Counted from the stretch's first letter, positions 1 through 9,577 are shown. The stretch is 64,000 nucleotides of DNA from an uncultured Phycisphaerales bacterium (GCA_963758525.1 CAVWVQ010000003.1:512001-576000), one strand, 5' to 3'. The notes: generated by a model not told the origin, from the letters alone. Translations and numbers: made by a program.

Positions 1-24
1 TGTCTCTGCTCTCGGAGGATTAAA

Positions 25-180
25 ATGAGCACGCCTTTGATAGCTCTCGGTGGAACACTGCTTGGCGGGGTCATTGTCTGCGCCGCGTTTCTCGTTCGCG
101 TGGTGCAGGAAGTTCGACGGGATCGAGCTCCAAAACCCCTAGTCCGACCCAGCAGCCAGCGCATTTCTGCGCCTGTCTAA
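25..180 (+). CDS. Small (51 aa) single-pass membrane protein, unknown function
   Basis: GGAGGA RBS upstream of ATG at 25. Reads MSTPLIALGGTLLGGVIVCAAFLVRVVQEVRR...APV to TAA at 178-180: hydrophobic N-terminus, then a basic tail. Below the ORF-track size cutoff. Confidence 0.5.
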   Translation: MSTPLIALGGTLLGGVIVCAAFLVRVVQEVRRDRAPKPLVRPSSQRISAPV

Positions 181-201
181 CACGCAAGATCGCGTTGTCT
201 G

Positions 202-1542
202 TCAGAGCACGGCGACTGACTCAGTCCCAACTCTTAGCGCGGCAAACATCGCCCGAGCCTTCACCAGCGTTTCTTCATACTCCGCGACCGGATCGGAGTC
301 GGCGACAATCCCGCCGCCAACGGGGATATGCACCCGGCCCTGCTCGACGATCATCGTGCGAATTGCGACGTTCAATTCGAGATGCCCGTCGACGGAGAGG
401 TACCCGATCGCGCCGCAATATGGGCCGCGACGCACTGGCTCGAGTTCGTCGATGATCTGCATCGCGCGGATTTTCGGCGCACCGGTCACGCTGCCGCCGG
501 GAAAGGTGGCTCGAAGCAAATCGACCAGGCCGACGTCGTCGCGCAGCGTTCCCTCGATCGTCGCGGCGCCGTGATAAACCGTCGGATGCGCCTCGATTAC
601 CCGCGACTCGCTCACGCGAATGCTGCCGATCGCGCAGACCCGGCCGAGATCGTTGCGCTCCAGGTCAACGATCATGTTTAGCTCAGCCTGATCCTTGACG
701 CTGCGGGTCAGTTCCTCGCGCATGCCCGGCCCCAACGCGCGGGTGCCCTTGATCGGCCGGGTGATGATTTGCCGTCCGGAGCCGGTTGGACGCACGCGAA
801 GAAACAACTCCGGCGAATTGCAGAGCAGCGAAGTGCGATCAAACTGGAGAAATGCGCCGTACCAGGCGGGATGGCGCTCGAGGAGCCGCTGATAGACTTC
901 AATGGGGCGTCGGCCGAGCAAGCCGACGGTGAATCGCTGCGAGAGATTGACCTGAAAGACATCACCCGCCCGGATGTAGTCGATTACCCGCGCCACTGCC
1001 TGCTGGTAGCCCGCGGACGTGAAATTGCTCGCCAGCGGAACAGAGTTGAGCGGCCCAGGCTTGATTTCGTTCGCGTCAGTCTCTGGGCGCGAGCTTTCGA
1101 GATCGACGGCGAAAATCCGCCCGGTATGGTTCTGCGCGTCCAAGCTGTCGAAATAGAGAAACTCGAACCAGGGAACGTCAAGATCGTCAGCCGCGCCGCT
1201 AGGAAGTGTTTCAAACAGACGACCGGTGTCGTAGCCGAAGTATCCGACCCAACCCCCTTTGAAAGGCGGCCCCGCAGCATCGCACGGCTCCAGATTGAGC
1301 TGCTCGCCGAGCCAGTGCAAAGCGTCGATGGGGTCGGGCCAGTGTTGAACAGGCTGACGCGCGAGAGCTTCGTGCGAGAGAACCGTCGCACCGCCTGCCG
1401 GGCGATCGCACCGCAGCGAACGACGCGGCGTCCCGAGGCGATAACTCCATCGGCTGTAGGGGGAATCGACGCCCGGCGCGCTGTCGAGCCGGCACGCGTC
1501 GGTGGGATATCGCCACGCATCAATGGGACGGATTTCGATCAC
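202..1542 (-). CDS. pabB: Aminodeoxychorismate synthase component I / anthranilate synthase component I family protein
   Basis: Chorismate-binding motifs GDVFQVNLSQRF, SPELFL, RPIKGT, AELNMIVDLERNDLGRVC, FPGGSVTGAPKIRAMQII. The PIKGT motif favours PabB. Start trimmed to GTG at 1542 because the upstream part of the listed ORF is repeat DNA. Confidence 0.8.
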   Translation of the reverse strand: MIEIRPIDAWRYPTDACRLDSAPGVDSPYSRWSYRLGTPRRSLRCDRPAGGATVLSHEALARQPVQHWPDPIDALHWLGEQLNLEPCDAAGPPFKGGWVGYFGYDTGRLFETLPSGAADDLDVPWFEFLYFDSLDAQNHTGRIFAVDLESSRPETDANEIKPGPLNSVPLASNFTSAGYQQAVARVIDYIRAGDVFQVNLSQRFTVGLLGRRPIEVYQRLLERHPAWYGAFLQFDRTSLLCNSPELFLRVRPTGSGRQIITRPIKGTRALGPGMREELTRSVKDQAELNMIVDLERNDLGRVCAIGSIRVSESRVIEAHPTVYHGAATIEGTLRDDVGLVDLLRATFPGGSVTGAPKIRAMQIIDELEPVRRGPYCGAIGYLSVDGHLELNVAIRTMIVEQGRVHIPVGGGIVADSDPVAEYEETLVKARAMFAALRVGTESVAVL

Positions 1543-1551
1543 GGCCGCTTT

Positions 1552-2007
1552 GTACCACGGGTTTCCAACCCGTGCGAAGAGCGTGAAGTAACACGATTCT
1601 GAAGCGCGTGCCCGCTTTTTCGGGAGCTCGCAACTCTTCCCCCTCCCCTGGTACTCCGGGGAAGGGTTGGGGTGGGGGCCTGCTCGGAATAGCAAGAAAT
1701 GGCTACGGAAGCGGGTTCTTATTTCCTGCCCCCCAACTCGTTGCTCCGCCCTACGAGGAGGAGGCAGGAAAGCAGCTCCTGTTTTTTTTGGGGACGCCCG
1801 AAAATCGCAAACCCGCACCCCAGCCCTCCCCCGGAGTACCAGGGGAGGGGGAAGGTATCGCAGCGCCCAAAGTGATACGCTTCCGGAAGAACGGGTGCGC
1901 ATGTTTTGAACCCGTGGGAGTGGAGATTGGGGTGCCAGGCAATCACCACGTTGAAAACGGGATTTTTGAAAATCACGCAACCAGCACGGGTTGGAAACCC
2001 GTGGTAC
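1552..2007. repeat. Nested REP-like doublet: outer 24-bp perfect inverted repeat enclosing an inner palindrome pair
   Basis: GTACCACGGGTTTCCAACCCGTGC (1552-1575) has its exact reverse complement at 1984-2007. Inner arms CCCTCCCCTGGTACTCCGGGGAAGGG...GGGGTGGGGG (~1641-1679) and their inverted partner (~1812-1850). Confidence 0.85.
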
Positions 2008-2011
2008 GGGG

Positions 2012-3403
2012 TTAGGCCAGAGCGCTGACCACGCCCATTTCCGAGGCGAAGAGCTGGGCGGCGGTGACGGTCACATATCCGTCGTTCACGTTCGAGTCGT
2101 GGCCCGCGCCGTCCACGCCCCAGGGGTTGCGGAGAACCACGGTGGTGCCGTTGGTCGACACCACTTCGTAGGCATGGCTGCCGATCAGGGGAGCGCCCTG
2201 GGCTGGCGTGTTGATGCCGATCGTGACGGCCTTGTTGGCCGCGAGCTGGCTGGCGATGGTGGTCATGAGCTGGCCGGCATTGGCGAAGCTGTAGAACCCG
2301 GTGCTGGCGACGCCCAGACTGGCGAACGATTCGGTCATCCATCCGCTGTTGAGCGAAGCATACGTGTTGGCCCCGGTGCGGAAGTCGGCAAACGCCTTCT
2401 CCATCACCGCAACCCACATCGAACCGCCCTGGCCGAAGTTCGCATACGCCGGCGCGCCCCAGCTCCAGGTCGGCAGGCTCCCGTCAACATGCACATAGTT
2501 TGCCTGGCCGCCCTTGAACATCTGCACCAGGTACGACCCGTCGGCCAGTTGCACGACACTCTGCTCGATCCGCATCGCATCAACCTTGGCCACCGCCGCG
2601 AGGGTCGAGAGATAGTAGCAGTCGCCGACGTATCCCTGACGGATGTCGTCCTGGGTCGGGCCGTTGGCGGCGAAGAGCGGGTGATTGGAAAAGTTGGCGT
2701 AGGTGAGGCCCGAGGTCGTGACCGCCGGCTCGGCAATCGTCGGCAGCGCGGTGGCGGCGGGAGCCTTCCTGTTCTTGAAGCTGCGGCCCTTGCCGGCCTT
2801 CTTGGCGCCGCTCGTGGCAGACGCCGGGGCCGTGCCGTAGAAGCTGCTGACGCGATGCACGGCGCCGTAGGCCAGCTCATCGGATCGAACGTTGAAGAGC
2901 TGCTCGCTGGCCGAGTTGTCCATCCAGAAGCTGTCCTTGCCCGCGCCGCCGTAGACCTTGTCGGCCACGCTCCCGATGGTCACGATGGTGTCATTGCCGA
3001 TGCCGGCGGTGATGGTGTTGGTTCCGGTGCCGGCATAGATCGTGTCGTTGCCGCTGCCGGAGACGAACGTGTCGTTGCCCGCGCCGCCTTCGATGGTGGT
3101 GTTGGTGTGAACCGAGGCATCGACCGCAACCGAGTCGTTTCCGTTGCCGCTGTTGATCAGGATGCTGTTGAAGGTGCCGGCGACGGTCGTGGTCCAGCCA
3201 CCGGTGTTCCCGATGACCAGGCCGGCGGCGGTCTGCTTGACGGTGATCTTGTCAGCCGCGCTGGTGCCGATAATCTGCAGCTGCGAGCCGGTGTAAACCG
3301 CGGTCTGATTGATCGTCAGAGGCGTGCCCGAAAGCATCTCACGGCTCTCCAGCACTTCCACAACCGCGGTTCGGATCGACTTGATTGACTTGTTGTTTCG
3401 CAT
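2012..3403 (-). CDS. Extracellular calpain-like (C2 family) cysteine protease with Ca-binding GGxGND repeats and LEPR-XLL-type N-terminal motif
   Basis: QGYVGDCYYLSTLAAVA (catalytic Cys), WVAVMEKAFA, HAYEV (His), LRNPWG (Asn); repeats GGAGNDT/GSGNDT/GIGNDT; N-terminal VEVLESREMLS. Start placed at ATG 3403. Confidence 0.85.
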   Translation of the reverse strand: MRNNKSIKSIRTAVVEVLESREMLSGTPLTINQTAVYTGSQLQIIGTSAADKITVKQTAAGLVIGNTGGWTTTVAGTFNSILINSGNGNDSVAVDASVHTNTTIEGGAGNDTFVSGSGNDTIYAGTGTNTITAGIGNDTIVTIGSVADKVYGGAGKDSFWMDNSASEQLFNVRSDELAYGAVHRVSSFYGTAPASATSGAKKAGKGRSFKNRKAPAATALPTIAEPAVTTSGLTYANFSNHPLFAANGPTQDDIRQGYVGDCYYLSTLAAVAKVDAMRIEQSVVQLADGSYLVQMFKGGQANYVHVDGSLPTWSWGAPAYANFGQGGSMWVAVMEKAFADFRTGANTYASLNSGWMTESFASLGVASTGFYSFANAGQLMTTIASQLAANKAVTIGINTPAQGAPLIGSHAYEVVSTNGTTVVLRNPWGVDGAGHDSNVNDGYVTVTAAQLFASEMGVVSALA

Positions 3404-3746
3404 GACTCTTCCCGTCTGACTTCCCTGCTCGCCCGACTGGCTACGTCTGGCGGCAAGAAGGAAATCCAATACATTGGGAAGAGAGGCAAATCTGAATTTG
3501 CGCGGCTGCAGGTGCCGATAAAAAAGGAAGGCACAGAGGCACAAAGGCACAAAGGCAGGAAGTGTTGGTCCTCGCCAATGCCGCCGTCGTGGCTTGCCCT
3601 TCGCGGAGATGAAGGATCGGCAGCATCGAGCGAAGCTTTAAAAACTAAAGACCGCAAACTTAACAGCACCTGCCCCATGCCCCCCAAGCAACCTTCGATC
3701 AAGTCCTCACCCTATTTGGTCCGATAACTTTTGGGGAGCCCCTTCT

Positions 3747-5417
3747 ATGACTGCGATTGCGCCACCAATCGAATCATCGTCAACGCTTGCCCAGCGCGCA
3801 GCCGCGCACAATTGGTCGGCAAACGTCGCGGCGCTTCGATCTATCCAGAGTGAACTTCCCGAATCGCTCCCGAATCTGCCGCGCGATCTGGACTTCGTCT
3901 TCGCGCGCGATGGAGCGCTTACCGCGATCAGCGGAGAGGGCAATTGGTGGCGAGGCTGCTCCTTGCCGCGGCGAGCGGCTCAGGCAATATTGAAGACGCT
4001 CGATTCCAAGGGTCGCATTTCCTGCTTTCTTTCGCCGCCGCACGCGGCTCAGATTCGCGTAGCGCTGGACGCACTTCGGTCCGATCAGGCGATTGTCGTC
4101 CTTGTTCCCGAGTCGACGACCCTGGCGGTCATGCTTCGATGCGAAGACTTTTCCGAAGACATTTGGTCTCACCGGCTTCTGTTTGCGAGGGGAACTCGCT
4201 GGAATGATGAACTCGCCGGCATCTTCGAGTCGAATCCGGGGCTGCCGACGCCTGAGCAGTTCGTTCGCGGCGCCGCTGCGGACCACAGCGAAACCGATGC
4301 GCTGATCCCAATCGCCCAGAAGGTCTTTGCCGCACAAACGACCCGGCGCGTAGAACAAGTCGCGGCACTGCGCGGGAGCTGGAGGGCAACCGATCGTCCT
4401 TCGCCGCGCGTTTGCCTGGTCGCGCCGTCTCATTTTCATTTGTGGGAAGATGGCGGCAACGTTCTGACGAACGCGTTCGCAGGCGCGCCAGGTGAGGCGT
4501 GCGACATCGTCCGGTTCGACATCGACGATCCGACTTCCGCCGCTCCGCTGGCGCTTGCAGAAAGAGCCCACGACTGCGACGCCATTGTCAGCCTGAACCT
4601 TTCGCGGGCCGATCTGCCCGACGTATTGCCACGAGAAATGCCATGGATCACCTGGCTGGTGCGCGAGCGCGTTCCCCACATCGACTCGTCGGGCCCGCGC
4701 GACGCGCTGCTGGTTGCCGATCCACGCTGGCGGAGTGACGCGATTGCAAAAGGCTGGCCCGCCGAACGCGTTGAGATTGCGTTCTGGCCGGCCCTGGAAA
4801 TGGGGCTGCCGGAGACGCACGGCGGTTTTCTGGCATTGGCAGCCAACACGCAATCACTGAACGCGCCGGCCCAGGTGGTGGATATGTCGAGCCAGCATCT
4901 GCTATGGGATGCGATCGCCGCGGAGATTGCGGATGATCCGTTTGCGGTCACGCCCGATGCCGGGAAATACCTTCGCCGTCGGCAGCGAGAGATGCAGATT
5001 CCCGATGAGGGATTCGACCAGGCGTGCTTCCTCGACTGGCTCATTACGCCGACGTTTCAGCAGAGCATCGCACGGCTGCTGATGAAGGCCCAACTTCCCA
5101 TTCGAGTTTTCGGCAAGGGCTGGAAAGAGATCGAAGCGTTTTCGGCAATCGCCGCCGGTCCGATCAGCTCGCGCGACGAGCTCAACCGATTGGTTACGTC
5201 CGCTGACGCGCTGATCTATGCGTGGCCGATTCCCCGGGCTCATCCGATCGACGCCATCCACCGGCCGGTGCTCCGCCCGGCTCTCGGTCGCACTCAATTT
5301 CTTAACGCCGCCAGGCTCGCGCTCCAAGGGCGGCTGCAGCCAAATCCTTCTGCCCAGCGCGTTTTGCGCGGTGATCAAATCCTTGCGATGCTGCAACGGC
5401 TGCGCATCGCGCCATGA
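3747..5417 (+). CDS. Hypothetical protein, possibly distantly glycosyltransferase-related (CgeB-like C-terminus)
   Basis: 556-aa ORF with GGGGAG RBS and normal composition. C-terminal IRVFGKGW...DELNRL resembles CgeB/DUF3880-type proteins, but the resemblance is weak. Confidence 0.55.
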   Translation: MTAIAPPIESSSTLAQRAAAHNWSANVAALRSIQSELPESLPNLPRDLDFVFARDGALTAISGEGNWWRGCSLPRRAAQAILKTLDSKGRISCFLSPPHAAQIRVALDALRSDQAIVVLVPESTTLAVMLRCEDFSEDIWSHRLLFARGTRWNDELAGIFESNPGLPTPEQFVRGAAADHSETDALIPIAQKVFAAQTTRRVEQVAALRGSWRATDRPSPRVCLVAPSHFHLWEDGGNVLTNAFAGAPGEACDIVRFDIDDPTSAAPLALAERAHDCDAIVSLNLSRADLPDVLPREMPWITWLVRERVPHIDSSGPRDALLVADPRWRSDAIAKGWPAERVEIAFWPALEMGLPETHGGFLALAANTQSLNAPAQVVDMSSQHLLWDAIAAEIADDPFAVTPDAGKYLRRRQREMQIPDEGFDQACFLDWLITPTFQQSIARLLMKAQLPIRVFGKGWKEIEAFSAIAAGPISSRDELNRLVTSADALIYAWPIPRAHPIDAIHRPVLRPALGRTQFLNAARLALQGRLQPNPSAQRVLRGDQILAMLQRLRIAP

Positions 5418-5517
5418 CACGCAGACAGCGTCTTTTTGCATTTCACTCCACGGCTGCGCGCGACCCTTTCCCCTCTCCCGGCCGAGAGCGCGTTTGCGAA
5501 CGTCGAGCGACTTTACT

Positions 5518-5633
5518 CCCTCTCCCGGTATTCCGAGAGAGGGCAGGGGTGAGGGTGATTTTTGAACTCGGACACCGTTGGTCCTCGAAATCACCCTCAC
5601 CCCAACCCTCTCCCGGAGTACCGGGAGAGGGGG
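5518..5633. repeat. REP-like palindrome doublet (family A) between convergent genes
   Basis: CCCTCTCCCGGTATTCCGAGAGAGGGCAGGGGTGAGGGTGATTT ... AAATCACCCTCACCCCAACCCTCTCCCGGAGTACCGGGAGAGGG inverted arms. Confidence 0.85.
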
Positions 5634-5653
5634 TTAGCACGTTGAGACCTGGA

Positions 5654-6607
5654 TCACGATCCGCCAAGCTGCGTGATCGTGCGGCGCAGTGCTTGAGAAT
5701 ATTGCGCAAGCCCATCGATCGAACGATCGACCTTCAAGTTTTTGAGCGATTCATCCCCGCGGCGCGCCACGATTCCCCGCAGTTGCGCGTGCATGGCCCG
5801 CTGCGTGGGAGAAAGCAACAGGTCGGCGTCGGTGCCCTGCGCCAAAGCCGTGTTGATCTTTGTCGCCTGCAGAGGTGTGAGCGGCAGGTAGCAGTATTCC
5901 GGAAACTGCGCAAGCGTGAACTGCTGCACTTCGCCGGGCCGCAGGTTCGCGTCGCCGGGCGCGACGATCGAACGAAAGCACTGCATCGCGCCGACCTGAT
6001 GCAGCACGGACGCATAGTCCACACGGGTTGCGTCATATCGCACCTGGACCACTTCATCCCCTCCGATCGTTCCCGTGCGCGTGGCAAGGATCCCGTTCAG
6101 TTTTCCAATCTGCCGCTCCCCTTCCCAATAACAGCCGACGGCGAACGTCGCGGTTTGCGGAGAAGCGGGGTTGTATTCGTCGGCCACCAGTTGGAGATAC
6201 GCGGGGACATCGCGATGAGCAGCCTTGAGCGCCGCGATCATCCGCGCAAGAAGCTGCGGGGCAGCGACATCGCCGGTCAGATTGTTCGACAACGAGCGCC
6301 CGTCGCCGTCCGTGAAACCGACAGCCACGGCGTTTGGCGCGCCGTCGCAATTGATGAGCGGCGTGAACAGATCGTTCGCGGCGTCAACGACGATTGGATG
6401 AGCAAGCGGACCGCGGAGCAAAGCGCGAGCGGAAACCTCGTCTATCCAAAAGATCGGCTTGCCCGACTCGCGCGACAAATGCCGAGCCTGGGAAACATTG
6501 TGCGACCAGCAAATCGCGGCGTGATCAGCCGGAGAGCGTGCGTCAGCGGCCCAGAACGCGCCAGCAGAGCACCACAGCAGCGTGAGAATTGCGAATGCGA
6601 CGCGCAT
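5654..6607 (-). CDS. Exported protein with degenerate thioredoxin-like N-domain and MsrA-like domain
   Basis: Signal peptide MRVAFAILTLLWCSAGAFWA; SGKPIFWIDEV...LAHPIVVDAANDLFTPL; then TATFAVGCYWEGE...EVVQVRYD, similar to the MsrA GCFWG motif region. Confidence 0.65.
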   Translation of the reverse strand: MRVAFAILTLLWCSAGAFWAADARSPADHAAICWSHNVSQARHLSRESGKPIFWIDEVSARALLRGPLAHPIVVDAANDLFTPLINCDGAPNAVAVGFTDGDGRSLSNNLTGDVAAPQLLARMIAALKAAHRDVPAYLQLVADEYNPASPQTATFAVGCYWEGERQIGKLNGILATRTGTIGGDEVVQVRYDATRVDYASVLHQVGAMQCFRSIVAPGDANLRPGEVQQFTLAQFPEYCYLPLTPLQATKINTALAQGTDADLLLSPTQRAMHAQLRGIVARRGDESLKNLKVDRSIDGLAQYSQALRRTITQLGGS

Positions 6608-6713
6608 GGGCTGGAGTTGTTGTTGATAACAGTTGGAGCCACAGGATTATTTCGATCGCGACTCGCGAATGACCGCAACTCGTGGGAATGCCGAACGCTT
6701 CTCCGCCGGGGCG

Positions 6714-6797
6714 TGCCCGATCTCCCGGACTGCCCGATCTCCCGGACTGCCCGATCTCCCGGACTGCGCGATTTCCCGGACTGCCCGATCTCCCGGA
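6714..6797. repeat. 17-bp tandem repeat, 5 copies
   Basis: Unit TGCCCGATCTCCCGGAC at 6714, 6731, 6748, 6765 (variant TGCGCGATTTCCCGGAC) and 6782. Confidence 0.9.
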
Positions 6798-6955
6798 GCG
6801 TTGCCACTCTTTCCCCCTCCCCTGGTACTCCGGGGGAGGGTTGGGGTGGGGGCTTGCTCGGATAGCAGGAAATTTGGTTACCGAAGCGGGTTGCTACTTC
6901 CTCCCCTCAATCCTCGTGGCTCCGCCCGGATACGAACCGGAAGCACGAAAGCAGC

Positions 6956-8127
6956 TAGTGTAGTGTGTCAGGCTAATACACTCTTATTCAGCACCTCGCG
7001 CGCCCGTCGGACTTTTACAATAATGTCCTCGGCTTTTGCCGTCCATTCGAATGACTTGGGGTTCTCGTTGTGCGCTGCGATGTAGGCCATGATCGCGTCT
7101 GTTAACTCCGGCACGCTGCGGAAAACGCCACGACGGATTCTTTTGTCCGTGATCTCCCGGAACCACCGCTCCACCAGATTCAGCCACGAGCTGCTGGTCG
7201 GGATGAAGTGCATGTGAAAGCGTGGATGACGCTTGAGCCAGCTCTTCACTTTCGGGTGCTTGTGCGTGGAGTAGTTGTCTGCGATCAGGTGCAAGTCCAG
7301 GTCCGCTGGCGTCTGCTCGTCGATCTGCCTGAGGAACTTGATCCACTCTTGATGCCGATGTTTCTCCATGCATGTGCCGATGAGTTTTCCCTCGGCTACA
7401 TTCAGTGCCGCAAAGAGCGTCGTCGTTCCGTTCCGCTTGTAATCATGCGTCATCGTCCCGCATCGTCCCTTCTTCAGCGGCAATGACGGCTGAGTGCGAT
7501 CCAAAGCCTGAATCTGTGTCTTCTCATCCACGCAGAGCACCAACGCGTGCTCCGGCGGATTGAGGTACAAGCCCACGACGTCCACGACTTTCTCGATGAA
7601 CTGTTTGTCGTTGCTCAACTTGAAAGTATGGATCAGATGCGGCTTGAGCCCATTGGCCCGCCACACGCGATTGACCATCGCGGAGCTGGCCCCCAATTCC
7701 CTGGCCAGCGTCCGGCAACTCCAATGCGTGGCGTTCTTCGGCCTTTTCTGGGTGGTCCACTCGATGATGCGAGCGGTCATCGCGTTGCGACTCACCGGCG
7801 GACGGCCCCCGCGCGGAGCATCTTTTTTGATTCCTTCCAGACCCTTCTCGATGAATCGCTTGCGCCACTTGCCGACCAGCAACCGGTCGGTCTCCAGCGA
7901 CTGCGCGATCAGGTTGTTGGCGACGCCTTCGGCAGCCTGCAAAATAATCTGCGAGCGAAGGACCAGTCGTGCCGGCGTGCTTCGGCCGCGCGACCACTGT
8001 TCCAAAACTCTACGTTGTTCATCCGTGACGGTGACATCGGGTGCGATGCGCAAGGGGTTATCCTCCTGTTGGAGGATCAGACACGCAACTAATAATTAGG
8101 ATAGCTTATTTATGATACACTACACTA
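6956..8127 (-). mobile_element. IS630-family insertion sequence
   Basis: Terminal inverted repeats CTAGTGTAGTGTGTCA (6955-6970) and TGATACACTACACTAG (8113-8128), 15/16 match. TA within CTAG at both ends fits IS630 TA target duplication. Encloses a single transposase ORF. Confidence 0.92.
6968..8053 (-). CDS. IS630-family transposase
   Basis: N-terminal HTH region, THWSCRTLA; DDE motifs VLCVDEKTQIQAL, LIADNYSTHK, SWLNLVERWF. TTG start with GGAGGA RBS; stop codon lies inside the terminal IR. Confidence 0.95.
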   Translation of the reverse strand: MRIAPDVTVTDEQRRVLEQWSRGRSTPARLVLRSQIILQAAEGVANNLIAQSLETDRLLVGKWRKRFIEKGLEGIKKDAPRGGRPPVSRNAMTARIIEWTTQKRPKNATHWSCRTLARELGASSAMVNRVWRANGLKPHLIHTFKLSNDKQFIEKVVDVVGLYLNPPEHALVLCVDEKTQIQALDRTQPSLPLKKGRCGTMTHDYKRNGTTTLFAALNVAEGKLIGTCMEKHRHQEWIKFLRQIDEQTPADLDLHLIADNYSTHKHPKVKSWLKRHPRFHMHFIPTSSSWLNLVERWFREITDKRIRRGVFRSVPELTDAIMAYIAAHNENPKSFEWTAKAEDIIVKVRRAREVLNKSVLA

Positions 8128-8178
8128 GCGGATTTTCGGGCACGCCCTTCCCGCGCTGGTGCGCGAAACGGGCTGCCA

Positions 8179-9519
8179 TCACGCAGCGCCGGCTGGCGCT
8201 GGCGCAACGGGCTTGTCGAGATACACGCGTTCCTCTTCGGGCGAATATCCCAGCAGCTCGGCGAATCGTCCCCATGCGATCAACGACTTGGTCAGGGCTT
8301 CCACATCCTCGGTCGGCAGACGCATCACAATCTCTTCCTGCACGATGTCCAACGGCAGCGAATGGTCCTTCGCCTCCTGCAGAATCTGCACGATAAACCG
8401 GAACAAGCCGAGGGTTTGAAGCTGCTGGTTGAGCAACATCTTGCGGGTGTTGATGTCGCCGTCGAGGAACTTGGAGCCGAGCGGCGTGAGCACGACCCGA
8501 TTCTTAGGGGTGTCGAGGAAGTCGAACATCTCGCCGGTTTTCACGACCGAAAGGGTGTGTCCAAAGTCGTAGTCGGTCAGGCCGTCGAGACGGAAAACAT
8601 CCATCGCCCCGCCGTTGTCGCGGAGGATTTCCATCAGACCGAACACTTCGCCGAGGTTGATCGAGGGGACCGGCTCGATCGTGGGCACTCCGGCTGGCGC
8701 GGCGGCGGCGGGCTGCTCGGGGAGATGCTCGGAAACGATGACATCGTGCAACCGTTGCACGAGGGCGAGAAACGCGGGCGATTGATAGCCGCGCGGATGA
8801 GGGACCGTATTGGGAATGATCTGGCGGATGTGCCCGGGCTTGGTCCCCAGCACGACGATCCGATCGGCCAGGAAGACGGCTTCTTCAATAATGTGCGTGA
8901 TCATCAAAATGCTCTTTACCGACGCGATTGACGATGCATCGGGAGCGCCCGAATGCGCGGTGGTCCAGAGGCGGTAGACTTCGCTGCGCAAGCTCTCGGC
9001 GGTGAACACGTCGAGCGCGCTGAAGGGCTCGTCCATGCACAGCAGTTCGGGGCCACGTGCCAGTGCGCGGGCGATGCCGACGCGCTGTTTCATGCCGCCG
9101 GAGAGTTCCTTGGGGTACGCTTCCTCCGAGCCGTCGAGACCCACCATGTCGATGCAGCGCGCGACGCGGCTGGCAGCGTCGCTGGCGTTGAGCGGCAGGC
9201 CGTTGAGGGCGACTTGCACGTTTTCGCGCACCGTCAGCCAGGGGTAGAGCGCGAAATTCTGGAAGACGATGGAGATGCCGGAGTGAATGCCGGTCAACGG
9301 CTTGCCGTGGGCAAGGACCTGCCCGCTGGTTGGACTGATCAATCCGACCAGCGAGCGGAGGAGCGTGCTTTTGCCGCATCCGCTGGGGCCGAGCAGCGCC
9401 ACGACTTCGCCGGCGTTGACTGCCAGGGAGACGTTCTCGATCGCCGGCCGCGCGTCGGGCCCGCCGAAGCGGACGGTGACGCCTTTTGCTTCGCAGATGG
9501 GGGTTCCGTTTTCAGGCAT
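8179..9519 (-). CDS. NitT/TauT-family ABC transporter ATP-binding protein with C-terminal AAA-associated domain
   Basis: Walker [25 protein letters not shown], Walker [13 protein letters not shown], plus a ~170-aa C-terminal extension typical of this subfamily. Confidence 0.9.
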   Translation of the reverse strand: MPENGTPICEAKGVTVRFGGPDARPAIENVSLAVNAGEVVALLGPSGCGKSTLLRSLVGLISPTSGQVLAHGKPLTGIHSGISIVFQNFALYPWLTVRENVQVALNGLPLNASDAASRVARCIDMVGLDGSEEAYPKELSGGMKQRVGIARALARGPELLCMDEPFSALDVFTAESLRSEVYRLWTTAHSGAPDASSIASVKSILMITHIIEEAVFLADRIVVLGTKPGHIRQIIPNTVPHPRGYQSPAFLALVQRLHDVIVSEHLPEQPAAAAPAGVPTIEPVPSINLGEVFGLMEILRDNGGAMDVFRLDGLTDYDFGHTLSVVKTGEMFDFLDTPKNRVVLTPLGSKFLDGDINTRKMLLNQQLQTLGLFRFIVQILQEAKDHSLPLDIVQEEIVMRLPTEDVEALTKSLIAWGRFAELLGYSPEEERVYLDKPVAPAPAGAA

Positions 9520-9528
9520 GGGATCGCC

Positions 9529-9577
9529 GGGTTCAGGGTTCAGGGTTCAGGGTTCAGGGTTCAGGGTTCAGGGTTCA
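9529..9577. repeat. Heptamer tandem repeat (GGGTTCA)x7
   Basis: Directly visible between the permease and ATPase genes. Confidence 0.9.

Noticed and set aside
1543..1980. N-terminal extension of the pabB-like ORF
   Set aside because: Translates nested REP DNA (PPPLVLRGRAGV, PHPNPSPEY); not part of the family.
6400..6480. Selenocysteine codon in the thioredoxin-like domain
   Set aside because: No in-frame TGA at the expected position.
5414..6865. Long antisense or overlapping ORFs (for example 5414-6865, 1991-3388, 20103-21665, 30288-32078)
   Set aside because: Shadow frames of real genes in high-GC DNA, with no recognisable motifs.
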